Shown one piece after another: positions 29,153 through 42,100 of a stretch of DNA of 64,000 nucleotides. Under the pieces are notes generated by a model. The model saw nothing but the letters and a program-made list of their open reading frames with translations. It did no database searches and was not told the origin of the DNA. The DNA lies in contig NC_134025.1 of assembly GCF_964204645.1 (NCBI RefSeq), positions 30,484,299 to 30,548,298 of the forward strand. The letters are read 5' to 3'. The DNA is from Tubulanus polymorphus (lineage: Eukaryota; Animalia; Nemertea). A program made the position numbers and the translations under genes. Numbering within the stretch: position 1 is the stretch's first letter; each line of letters begins with the position of its first letter.

Positions 29153-30124
29153 TTTGCAGCAATAACCATCCATACCACCTGATTGTGGCAGTAGCCTTCT
29201 TAGGAGACATCTATTCTAATGCTATGGTCGGCCGTTGTAAATCTCTTTTGGGATATTCAGGGAATCAATTCCTACAATAACTCCTATGGAGTTTGAAAAA
29301 GGTGGATTTTTCAAATCAAAAGGAACAGCTATGATTCACATGTGATTCCTTATCGAACTTTACCGGAACATGGAGAAGGAATAGCTATGTTTCACACATA
29401 ATGCATTTCCTTATGAAGCTGAAAATAACATGGAGAAGGAACAGCTATGTTTCACATAATGCGATTCCTTAGGAAACTACATTGAAACAGATTGTTCAAT
29501 GTTCCATGTTGCCCCCTCCCCACAAATACTATGACGTTTATACGTCAAGTGTAAAACCATTATATCATTATTAACAAATTTGTTTTTCTAATTACAGAAT
29601 TAAAGATTAATTTAATATGACGCGAAAACTTGAATGATTGAAATGTTAATATCTAATGCTCAACAACGGAGGGAAATCCTTCACATGTGATCGGAGGGAT
29701 TTAAAATGTTTACTCATAAGGAAAAGGAATATATATTTATATACGTGAGATTGTCTGGATTAAAAATTGCACAAGAAAGGAAACCACAGCAAAGACTACG
29801 GTAATCAATTTCATTACATTTCTTGGGTGTGAAAGTTCACTGGATCAGTGATCAATCCATGAATTTACGAGTTCTTAATTGAACATGCTAAAATCTGCAA
29901 AAATGCAATGATAAATCCAAATCTTTGATAAAAAAAGAATAAAATAAAGATCTTGGACTAGAGAATTAGTCGTAATCACTTCAATGATCAGGTTTTATTG
30001 ATTGATATTGATCTCTACTTATCCTAACGACCACCAGGATGAAGATTTGATTTTAAGACTCTTGTTAGATTAATCTGCATCTCTTGTTGAAATCAATAAG
30101 GCATATGAGAGAGGAGGTTCAGGG

Positions 30125-30278
30125 AGGTATGAGAGTTTATGGAGATATGATAGAGGAGTTTATGGAGATATGATAGAGGAGTTTATGGAGATATGAGAGA
30201 GGAGTTTAGGTAGATATGATAGAGGAGTTTAGAGAGATATGAGAGAGAGAGGAGTTTAGAGAGATATGATAGAGGAGA
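30125..30278. repeat. 23-bp purine-rich tandem repeat
   Basis: GAGGAGTTTATGGAGATATGATA and variants, ~6 copies. Confidence 0.85.
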
Positions 30279-32864
30279 TGGTCTAAAAGGAAAGTTGTTA
30301 AGTACATAACAATCGAGCAACTCAGTAATAGACACCGCTCTGATAAAGTAACTCCTGGTCCTCGATTGGGGTCTAAATTGCAGGAATTGCGTTTAGCAAT
30401 TGAAATATGGTTGATAGAGCGTGGAATTGTTTCCATGTAGGCGAGCAATGCATAAAACACACGTCAGATTAAGGCTGTTGAGAGTGAATTATCAATAGAT
30501 TTAAGAAATCGAGGATGAAGTTGTTTTCAAGAGGTCTATCATTCATATTGCAGTTAATCAGATCAGGTTCTCAGGTGCTTCCTTGGTCCCCAAAAACGGC
30601 ATAAGTTGTATCAAAGTATGTGACATACCAGTAACCTACTAATTTATTACATGCTAAGAGGCTACTTGTAGTTTCTCAGCCACTTTGCAATTATTGTTGT
30701 TAAGAGGTCACAAAATCCTACCAGCATCATTAATAGATTTCTAAGACAGTTAATATTGTAATTTTTGTGGTTCCAGTTTTAGATTTTAAATTCCTAAATT
30801 TTGAGTCCTTCAGTTTGAACTTTTCCTATTCCATTTCTTGTCAAAGATTTCATTCCCGTTCTCAAAATTATTTGCGGTTTTTGGAATACATGTCTCATCA
30901 ATTATATGATCAATTATTTTCCTGGTTTCGTTTTTACTATTGCCCAAAATCATATCTCATATGAATTATTATTACTATTATTTGATTCTTTCACTGATTG
31001 ATTACAGGTGATTACAGATTACAGGTGGGGTTTGGTTCGATATTGTGATTGATCGAGGTGATCCATCTAAAACTATTCTTGTATTAATTTTTGAAATATT
31101 CATATCTGAAAACAATTTCATTGATACTTCTAAACTAGTAATTCTAAAATAATTCTAAAAACAATTTTACACGTATCTTAAGACTATTCTAGAAACGAGT
31201 TTAAATTATTTCAATTTTAATTTAACTTTTTTATCTGAATTTTAATCTATTAAAGTTACTATTTTATATCTGAATTTTAAAATACCTATGATATCTAAAA
31301 ACTATTTTATTTGAATTTTAATCCATTAAAGTGACTATTTTATATCTGAATTTTAAAATACCTATGATATCTAAAAACAATTTTATGTGAATATTATTCT
31401 ATTTGTATATATTTTATCTCAAAGTATCTTTTTAAACTGTTTTAAACTGTTATATTTTATCTAAAAGTATCTTTTTATTTGTTTAAATTTTAAAAACTAT
31501 TTCATTTCTATATATTTTAAAAACTATTTAATTTGTATATATTTTAAAACTATGTAATGTGTATATATTCTTTCAGAACAATGTTTTATACTAAAAGATC
31601 AATTTGATGAAATATTCTTTATTCGACTATCACTGTGTATATTCGAACCCCAGTGATTTCATGAGAATGGAATAACTGAAGGTCCAGGTTTTATCACCGA
31701 ATACTCTTTGACACAATTACGTGGTCCACAACACAGATATAAATAGTGGTTATATAAAAGGCCCATGCTGTATATAGTGCACGCATAAAGAGCTTTTACT
31801 CGTAGTTGATATAGGCTTAGTAAATATGAAATGTGATTGAGAACTTTTTCTCATACTTTCTTTACCTTTTTTCTTATAGTTTTATTTTCAGTTTTCTACT
31901 AACAACAGAAAATGCACTCATTTTCAGTCGGTGTTTCACAATAATGGAATGCGACAAATAAAAAAAAAAAGTGCAAGTGTATTTTTCATATGATATTTTC
32001 AGCATCTCGACGTATGATATTGACGTAGATTATTGAAGCGTAGATTCAGAAAATCACTACTAGGTGGCGTGTCAGATTATTAGTTCAATGACATCAGATA
32101 GATATAATAATACAACCACTTGTAGTACAAACAGTAACAACAAACTTTATTTTCCTGCACAATATACAAATAGTAGTAAAGTCCATACTATCTTTGAATC
32201 AGAACTTCCTCTAGCCTTAATGCTAACAGTCATGTTATTATTTTTATTGGACGTCATCTCGGCTTTTTCGAAACTAGTCTTTGAACGTGATGATAATCTA
32301 TAGTATTTTTGGAAATGAAATAAATCAAAGCTAATTTGTTGTCATCATAACAAAATATGTCGCTGAAAACATCATATAAAAAATACACTCAATATTTTTT
32401 TATTTTATTTATTTCGTTCCATACAAAACCGTACTCAGTTCCACAGTTGGATTTGGATACAAGAATTTAAATACATACAATTGCACAACTGTTGAACTGG
32501 GATTTGTTAAATTGTGAGCATGATGTTTAATATTTAATCACTAGTGTGTTTCAAGTTAGCCTTAGTTTAGATAAGTTAGTTTTTGTTAAGTCATTTTAAT
32601 AATTTTCGCTGTTTTAAATTTAATTCGTTCCAGTTGATTTAAGTCAAGTTTAGTTTAAGTTTAAGTTCGTTTAGGTCAAGTTGATCAAGTCGTAACTATT
32701 GTTGTTAACTTAAAGTATGTATAAACCTCTGATAAACTGAGGGTCAATTTATCTTATGATAAGTTACACTCAGGTTATTAATTAATAATCCCGTTTAAGA
32801 TCTCATTATTTTATGCAGTTCAGAGATTTTCACTGAATAAAATAGTAACATCTTAGAATGTGAT

Positions 32865-33568
32865 GAACTGAGGGTAAATTCATCATTGTTGAAATTACTC
32901 TCAGGATCATCATTAAAACAATGAATGAACTGAGGGTAAATTCAACATTGTTGAAATTACTCTCAGGATCATCATTAAAACAACGAATGAACTGAGGGTA
33001 AATTCATCATTGTTGAAATTACTCTCAGGATCATCATTAAAACAATGAATGAGCTGAGGGTAAATTCATCATTGTTGAAATTACTCTCAGGATCATCATT
33101 AAAACAATGAATGAACTGAGGGTAAATTCATCATTGTTGAAATCACTCTCAGGATCATCATTAAACAATGAATGAACTGAGGGTGAATTCATCATTGTTG
33201 AAATCACTCTCAGGATCATCATTAAAACAATGAATGAAATGAGGGTAAATTCATCATTGTTGAAATTACTCTCAGGATCATCATTAAAACAACGAATGAA
33301 CTGAGGGTAAATTCATCATTGTTGAAATTACTCTCAGGATCATCATTAAAACAATGAATGAACTGAAGGTAAATTCATCATTGTTGAAATCACTCTCAGG
33401 ATCATCATTAAAACAATGAATGAAATGAGGGTAAATTCATCATTGTTGAAATTACTCTCAGGATCATCATTAAAACAATGAATGAACTGAAGGTAAATTC
33501 ATCATTGTTGAAATTACTCTCAGGATCATCATTAAAACAATGAATGAACTGAGGGTAAATTCATCATT
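32865..33568. repeat. 62-bp minisatellite, ~11 copies
   Basis: Unit GAACTGAGGGTAAATTCATCATTGTTGAAATTACTCTCAGGATCATCATTAAAACAATGAAT; a diverged copy lies near 32735. Confidence 0.96.
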
Positions 33569-35364
33569 TGTTTAAAATATTTTAGCGTTAACACCAGTTT
33601 TAATTACCCCCTGTTTTCTTGTTATTGATAATTTCATCACGGGTTATAGAATAGATGATTTAAATTCTAGATGAACCTGCACTTAATTAGATTAATTAGT
33701 AATGAATTTACTCTCAAGTTATTGAAACATAATGTTAATTTTAATTTTAAGGATCCAGGGCATGGTCTTCCTGCACCCCTTGTTTTTATCTTTTTTCACT
33801 GCTATCAAGGTTCTCGTACACATTTCATGCAGCTTTTTCATTCAATATCAATATCATCCTCACTTGCCAGGTTTTAATTGTCGTCTGCCGAAGCTCATGC
33901 CAACATAAATCCCGGCTGCCAATTCTTCAGTGGTCTACTTCATTGCTCAAGATTCCTTGGTTAGACAGGTTACCACTGAGCGGTCACCAGTCTATGTGTT
34001 AAGTCAATCAGATGCGTTGTTTTTCGCCGTCAGATTCGCTACACATCTGATTGACTAGATGTAAAGACTGGTGGCCGCTTAGCAGCAACCTGTCGACACG
34101 AGATATCTTGGACAATGTAAGAGACCAATGAAGGGTTTGTGACCAGGGGTTTGTGTAAGCGTGAGTGCCGGTGGGCGGCAATAAAACCCTGGTGATTGAG
34201 GATGTATCGATGTACATATCAACACTCAAAAAGCCAAACATAATAGGCGGCATTATTATTTTGAGGGGCACCTGGCCTAATATACCGCGCGGTAAAAACC
34301 ACTCTTTCTGTGGTTGTGTAGTACCAGTAATTGATGATCATCGAGTGAGTGATTGGCCTGGCCCAGTTATTCCATTCTGAAATCACTTGGGTTCCGATTA
34401 TGATTGACAAATATAAAATATTTCATCAAATTGATCGACAAATTTTATCCGTACTTGTACATGTTGAAAATTTTTAAATAGCTTTTTATTTGTATATATC
34501 ATATATATTATATTTCTTTTTAGATTTTTTTATTGATTTTGATTTCTACTTGTAAATTATCTTTTAGATATCTCTTTAACTTTGGATTTTAATGATTATT
34601 TATACATTTCAAATATAATCTTAAATGTATTTGATTTTCTAAACTTCATAAAATCTATACATCAAATCGAACTATTTTAGTGCAGATTTTCATATAGATT
34701 TAATTGATAATCAATATTTTTATTTCTATTGAATAATTTCAGTATTCAAAACAACAGAATGAATGCATTCAATCTAAGTTTGATCCTGATATCACTTGTT
34801 GCATCTTTTGTTTTAACAAGATTTTAACCTGTAAGTTTGGAGCGTTGATATTATTTCATTGCATTAGTCCCGCCTCCTCATTTATGGCTGATGGTTGGTT
34901 TCAGATTTTCAGCTTCTGATAACATTAATATTAATTCAATGCTACGTTATGTTTTGTTGTTTTATTTCATATGAACGTTTTCAAAGATGACTTTTTGTCG
35001 AATTGATATTTGGTATTGAAGAGGTTGAAATAATTATACAATTTTATAGAATTGTCTAAAATACTGTACCTAGTAACATATAAGTAGTATAGCTAGTGTA
35101 CCTCTATTTTCAAGTTGTCCTGTGGTACGACGTGAAACTGCCTCTTTGAAACAATACGTTTTATCCATACATTTTATCAGTGATTTTTATCTATTTGTCC
35201 TGTGGTATGACGTTAAACTGCCTCTTTTTAACAATACGTTTTATCCATACATTTTATCAGTGATTTTTATCTATTTGTCCTGTGGTATGACGTTAAACTG
35301 CCTCTTTTTAACCGTTTTTACCCATATGTTTTATTGTTTTTATCATATGTTTTATTGTTTTTAT

Positions 35365-35875
35365 CACCCCTTCTTTTTCTACCTTTCTCTATCCTTTCCC
35401 TCTCTGTCTCTATTCTATCCCTCTCTGTCTCTATCCTTTCCCTCTCTCTATCCTTTCCCTCTCTTTCTTTAACCCACTAACTCTCTTCCTCTTTCTCTAA
35501 CCCACTAACTCTCTCACTCTTTCTCTAACCCACTAACTCTCTCTTCCTCTTTCTCTAACCCACTAACTCTCTCCCCTCTCTCCTTTCTTCCTCTCACCCC
35601 TCTCCTTCATCCTTCCTCCTCTCCCTCCTCTCTCTCTCTCCTCACTCTCCTCTCTCTCTCTCTCTTTCTATCTTGTAAATATTGTAAATTTGTAAATAGT
35701 AGTTTTTATTTCTCTTGTAAATATTGTAAATTTGTAAATAGTAGTTTTTATTTCTCTTGTAAATATTGTAAATTTGTAAATAGTAGTTTTTATTTCTCTT
35801 GTAAATATTGTAAATTTGTAAATAGTCGTTTTTATTTCTCTTTTTAATTTTCTGTAAATATTGTAAATTTGTAGA
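35365..35875. repeat. CT-rich low-complexity tract followed by a 42-bp AT-rich tandem repeat (~4 copies)
   Basis: CTCTTTCTCTAACCCACTAACTCT repeats, then TCTTGTAAATATTGTAAATTTGTAAATAGTAGTTTTTATTTC. Confidence 0.85.
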
Positions 35876-36269
35876 TAGTTAGTTTTTTTCTTTTTTTCAT
35901 AATTTTCATCGGATCTCACTTTATTCAATACAACAGAATGAATGCATTCAATCTTGGTTTCAGACTATTACTTTTCACTTTTTACATACATTCGTAGCAT
36001 TGATACCATTACATTAGATTAGTCCCTCCTCCTTTTGAATTAATATTTGAAAGAAGATTCTAGTTAAGCATATAGTAATAAGCGTATTAACATTGAAGAC
36101 ATTTTGTCACAGGCTGAAGAGCATTTTATATCATATGTCAAGAAATAAGGATTGGAGTGACGTTGCTTCCTGAGATCTCTGATCTGTTAGCTTGCAAGTG
36201 TATTTAACTATCACTTGTTTGTAAATGATTGAGTAAACTTTACCATTACTGGTTTGCAATATGCTTTAC

Positions 36270-38015
36270 CATCATTGGTTGCAGTTATGAACAAACATCT
36301 CATTGATTGTGCATACTTCCCCCTCACTGGTTGCAGTTCACTCCATTGGTTGCAGCCAAAAACAATCATCCCATTGATTGTGCACTGGTTTGAGATATAA
36401 TTTCCCCTCATTGGTCGCTGTTCACTTGATTGGTTGCAGCTACGAACAATCATCTCATCGATTGTGCATACTTTCCCCTCACTGGTTGCAATTCACTCCA
36501 TTGGTTGCAGCTATGAACAATCATCTCATTGATTGTACATACTTTCCCATCACTGGTTGTCACTTGATTGGTTGCAGCTATGAACAATCATCTCATTGAT
36601 TGTGCATACTTTCCCCTCACTGGTTGCAGTTCTCTTCATTGGTTGCAGCTATGAACAATCATCTCATTGGTTGAGCTAATTTCCCCTCACTGGTTTGAAA
36701 ATTAATTTCCTCTCACTGGTTGCAGTTCACTTGATTGGTTGCAGCTATGAACAATCATCTCATTGATTGTGCATACTTTCCCCTCACTGGTTGCAATTCA
36801 CTCCATTGGTTGCAGCTATGAACAATCATCTCATTGATTGTACATACTTTCCCATCACTGGTTGTCACTTGATTGGTTGCAGCTACGAACAATCATCTCA
36901 TTGATTGTGCATACTTTCCCCTCACTTGTTGCAGTTCACTTGATTGGTTGCAGCTACGAACAATCATCTCATTGATTGTGCATACTTTCCCATCACTGGT
37001 TGTCACTTGATTGGTTGTGCAGCTATGAACAATCATCTCATTGGTTGAGCTAATTTCCCCTCACTGGTTTGAAAATTAATTTCCTCTCACTGGTTGCAGT
37101 TCACTTGATTGGTTGCAGCTATGAACAATCATCTCATTGATTGTGCATACTTTCCCCTCACTGGTTGCAGTTCTCTCCATTGGTGGCAGCTATGAACAAT
37201 CATCTCATTGGTTGAGCTAATTTCCCCTCACTGGTTGCAGTTCTCTCCATTGGTTGCAGCTATGAACAATCATCTCATTGGTTGAGCTAATTTCCCCTCA
37301 CTGGTTTGAAAATTAATTTCCCCTCACTGGTCACAGTTCACTCCATTGGTTGCAGCTATGAACAATCATCTCATTGATTGTGCATACTTTCCCCTCACTG
37401 GTTGCAATTCACTCCATTGGTTGCAGCTATGAACAATCATCTCATTGATTGTACATACTTTCCCATCACTGGTTGTCACTTGATTGGTTGCAGCTACGAA
37501 CAATCATCTCATTGATTGTGCATACTTTCCCCTCACTTGTTGCAGTTCACTTGATTGGTTGCAGCTACGAACAATCATCTCATTGATTGTGCATACTTTC
37601 CCATCACTGGTTGTCACTTGATTGGTTGTGCAGCTATGAACAATCATCTCATTGGTTGAGCTAATTTCCCCTCACTGGTTTGAAAATTAATTTCCTCTCA
37701 CTGGTTGCAGTTCACTTGATTGGTTGCAGCTATGAACAATCATCTCATTGATTGTGCATACTTTCCCCTCACTGGTTGCAGTTCTCTCCATTGGTGGCAG
37801 CTATGAACAATCATCTCATTGGTTGAGCTAATTTCCCCTCACTGGTTGCAGTTCTCTCCATTGGTTGCAGCTATGAACAATCATCTCATTGGTTGAGCTA
37901 ATTTCCCCTCACTGGTTTGAAAATTAATTTCCCCTCACTGGTCACAGTTCACTCCATTGGTTGCAGCTATGAACAATCATCTCAATGATTGTGCATACTT
38001 CCCCTCACTGGTTTG
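36270..38015. repeat. ~71-bp satellite with a 611-bp higher-order duplication
   Basis: Unit ATTGGTTGCAGCTATGAACAATCATCTCATTGATTGTGCATACTTTCCCCTCACTGGTTGCAGTTCACTTG. The variant pattern recurs at offset 611 (36781 vs 37392, 37021 vs 37632). Confidence 0.95.
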
Positions 38016-39139
38016 CAGTTTTCAGCTCTGGTTTGATGATGATAAATGCTGGTTTTATCATTGGCTCTACGCGAACAGTTATCAAAATGTTTGAAGCCTT
38101 TGCCAGACGTCGTGTGGGTTCGATCTCTAAGAAAAAGCTAAAAGCTAAAAGGGTTTCAATTTGGAATACAGTTTGTCTCCTCCAGCAACAAACGTCCATA
38201 GTCTCGAACAAACTGATTTGCATTTGTAAAAAAAAGATTTGATAGGTGTATGGCTACATTTCCTACAAGACTCCTCTCTCTCCTCTCTCATCACGAAATA
38301 AGTAAGACACAAATCTGAAGGTTACGAGTTTCAAAACACTGTGGATGAATTACTGCTAAATCAATTGGTGGTAATGAAAGTTAAGTCTTACAAAACACTG
38401 AAAGTTGGTGTCTTGAAACAATGATACATGTAATGAAACATTGATAGATGTACTGATCTTGCGGTTGTTCTACCTCCTTCCTCTGCTACGAGGTAATATA
38501 TCGTGCCATTTTTATATACAATATCAAAATCATAGACAATTAAAATCTTCTGGTTGCATGGCTTCTCCTTTTGTTCTCTATAACTCCCGGTAATGGCCTT
38601 GCTATGACATCAAACGAGTATCAAATACAGAAGATACTCCTTTCTTCTCCTTTAAAAACGGCAAATACTGTTGTTTGCTACTACAGTACTACTTGTTGCT
38701 CATTCCACTCTGTTCTAAGGGGTGATATTGAGTTTTGGAGACTCTTCTCCTTCCCTTGTCTTCTTGAATTGTCAAATAGATGTGACTTACAATACTGATT
38801 ACTTCCTTTTTTGAAAACTTGATGTTGCTGATGCTTGCTATCATTCAACTCTGTTTTGGTTGTGATATTGAGTTTTAAACGTTGTGTTAGGTGTACATGC
38901 CTCCTCTCCTCTCTCTCCTCTCTCATCAACAATTAAATAATACACTCATTGTTTGTATACATTTAGTTTTTTGCTGTGGTTTCCTCAATACAAAAAAGTT
39001 TGAAATTGCTCATTGATTGCAGCGAATTACAAACTATGATAAAAGTGAAGTGAAAGTGGATCAATTACTGCTAAATCAATTGGTGGCGATGAAAGTTAAG
39101 TGTTACAAAACACTGTTGGTCAATTACTGCTAAATCATC

Positions 39140-42100
39140 ACTGATGACCTCCGTTAATACTGCTGCTTGCTGCTGGGTGTTAATTAATACACTCTGTTTT
39201 GGGGTGTTATTTAGTTCAGGAGTTTCCTCCTTCCTTCTTCAATTGTCATGTAGAAACGTGACAAAGGAACTGAATTGTCAGTGTGTTACAACACTGATGG
39301 GCTCCTTTAATACTGCTGCTTGCTGCTGGGTGTTATTTAATACACTCTGTTTTGGGGTGATATTGAGTGCAGGAGTCTCCTCCTTCCTTCTTCAACTGTC
39401 ATGTAGAAACGTGACAAACAAACTGAATTGTCAGTGTGTTACAACACTGATGACCTCCTTTAATACTGCTGCTTGCTGCTGGGTGTTAATTAATACACTC
39501 TGTATTTGGGTGATATTGAGTGCAGGAGTCTCCTCCTTCCTTCTTCAACTGTCATGTAGAAACGTGACAAACAAACTGAATTGTCAGTGTGGTACAACAC
39601 TGATGACCTCCTTTAATACTGCTGCTTGCTGCTGGGTGTTAATTCTTACCACCTTCCATGAACTTCTTGAATTATTACATTAAACATTATTATAATAAAA
39701 ATTATTACATTAAACATTATAACATCAAGAATCATTCTCCTTAAATACTGCTGCTTGCTGCTGGCTCTGTTTTGGGGTGATATTGAGTTCAGGAGTCGCC
39801 TCCTTCCTTCTTCAACTGTCATGTAGAAACGTGACAAACAAACTGAATTGTCAGTGTGGTACAACACTGATGACCTCCTTTAATACTGCTGCTTGCTGCT
39901 GGGTGTTAATTCTTACCACCTTCCATGAACTTCTTGAATTATTACATTAAACATTATTATAATAAAAATTATTACATTAAACATTATAACATCAAGAATC
40001 ATTCTCCTTAAATACTGCTGCTTGCTGCTGGCTCTGTTTTGGGGTGATATTGAGTGCAGGAGTCTCCTCCTTCCTTCTTCAACTGTCATGTAGAAACGTG
40101 ACAAACAAACTGAATTGTCAGTGCGTTACAACACTGATGACCTCCTTTAATACTGCTGCTTGCTGCTGCGTGTTAATTCTTACCACCTTCCATGAACTTC
40201 TTGAATTATTACATTAAACATTATTATAATAAAAATTATCACATTAAACATTATAACATCAAGAATCATTCTCCTTAAATACTGCTGCTTGCTGCTGGCT
40301 CTGTTTTGGGGTGATATTGAGTGCAGGAGTCTCCTCCTTCCTTCTTCAACTGTCATGTAGAAACGTGACAGACAAACTGAATTGTCAGTGTGTTACAACA
40401 CTGATGGCCTCCTTTAATACTGCTGCTTGCTGCTGGGTGTTAATTGATACACTCTGTTTTGGAGTGATATTGAGTGCAGGAGTCTCCTCCTTCCTTCTTC
40501 AACTGTCATGTAGAAACGTAACAAACAAACTGAATTGTCAGTGTGTTACAACACTGATGGCCTCCTTTAATACTGCTGCTTGGTGCTGGGTGTTAATTGA
40601 TACACTCTGTTTTGGGGTGATATTGAGTTCAGGAGTCTCCTCCTTCCTTCTTCAACTGTCATGTAGAAACGTGACAAACAAACTGAATTGTCAGTGTGTT
40701 ACAACACTGATGACCTCCTTTAATACTGCTGCTTGCTGCTGGTTGTTAATTAATACACTCTGTTATGGGGTGATATTGAGTTTTGGCAAGTTTTGCTTCC
40801 TGATCGTCCTTATTGCGACTTAACGTTTTAAATATATAAATATTCAAAACAGCTATCCATCGATAGCTTTGTGGTGGTTGTATCATTGAAATGTCGCTGG
40901 TGTTGGTACTTTGTATATATAGTAATATATGTCGGTGAAATGGGATTGATTATGTTTCCTGATCGTCCTCATTGCGACTTTACGTTTTGAATGTATAAAT
41001 ATTTAAAACAGCTATCCATCGATAGCTTCGTGGTGGTTGAATCTTTGAAATATCGCTGGTGTTGGTTCTTTGTATATATTGTAATATATGTCGGTGAATT
41101 GGGATTGATTATGTTTCCTGATCATCCTTATTGCGACTTTACGTTTTAAATGTATAAATATTCAAAACAGCTATCCATCGATAGCTTTGTGGTGGTTGTA
41201 TCATTGAAATGTCGCTGGTGTTGGTACTTTGTATATATTGTAATATATGTCGGTGAATTGGGATTGATTATGTTTCCTGATCGTCCTTATTGCGACTTTA
41301 CGTTTTAAATGTATAAATATTCAAAACAGCTATCCATCGATAGCTTTGTGGTGGTTGAATCATTGAAATAATGCTGGTGTTGGTTCTCTGTATATATTGT
41401 ATCAGCAAATTATTATCACATTACGGATTTTAAAAGTGTTATACTCAAAGATGCTATTGTTTGATAGCTTCACTTTGGTTCCTTGCACCTGAAGGTTGTG
41501 AACTGTCATGTAGAAACGTGACAAACAAACGGAATTGTCAGTGTGTTACAACACCGATGACCTCCTTTAATACTGCTGCTTGCTGCTGCGTATTAATTAA
41601 TACACTCTGTTTTGGAGTGATATTGAGTTTTGGCGAGTTTTGCTTCCTGATCGTCCTCATTACGACTTTACGTTTTAATTGTATAAATATTCAAAACAGC
41701 TATCCATCGAGCTTTGTGGTGGTTGAATCTTTGAAATGTCGCTGGTGTTGGTACTTTGTATATATTGTAATATATGTCGGTGAATTGGGACTGATTATGT
41801 TTCCTGATCGTCCTTATTGCGACTTTACGTTTTAGATATAAAAATATTCAAAACAGCTATCCATCGATAGCTTCGTGGTGGTTGAATCTTTGAAATATCG
41901 CTGGTGTTGGTTCTTTGTATATATTGTAATATATGTCGGTGAAATGGGATTGATCATGTTTTGTGATCATCCTTATTGCGACTTAACGTTTTAAATGTAT
42001 AAATATTCAAAACAGCTATCCATCGATAGCTTTGTGGTGGTTGTATCATTGAAATGTCGCTGGTGTTGGTACTTTGTATATATTGTAATATATGTCGGTG

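Noticed and set aside
22521-33568. Arrays as possible CRISPR loci
   Set aside because: Units are contiguous with no unique spacers, there are no cas genes, and the context is eukaryotic.
29160-34400. Coding-looking unique segments near 29.2-30.7 kb and 33.9-34.4 kb
   Set aside because: Frames are broken at close to random stop frequency and have no recognisable motif.
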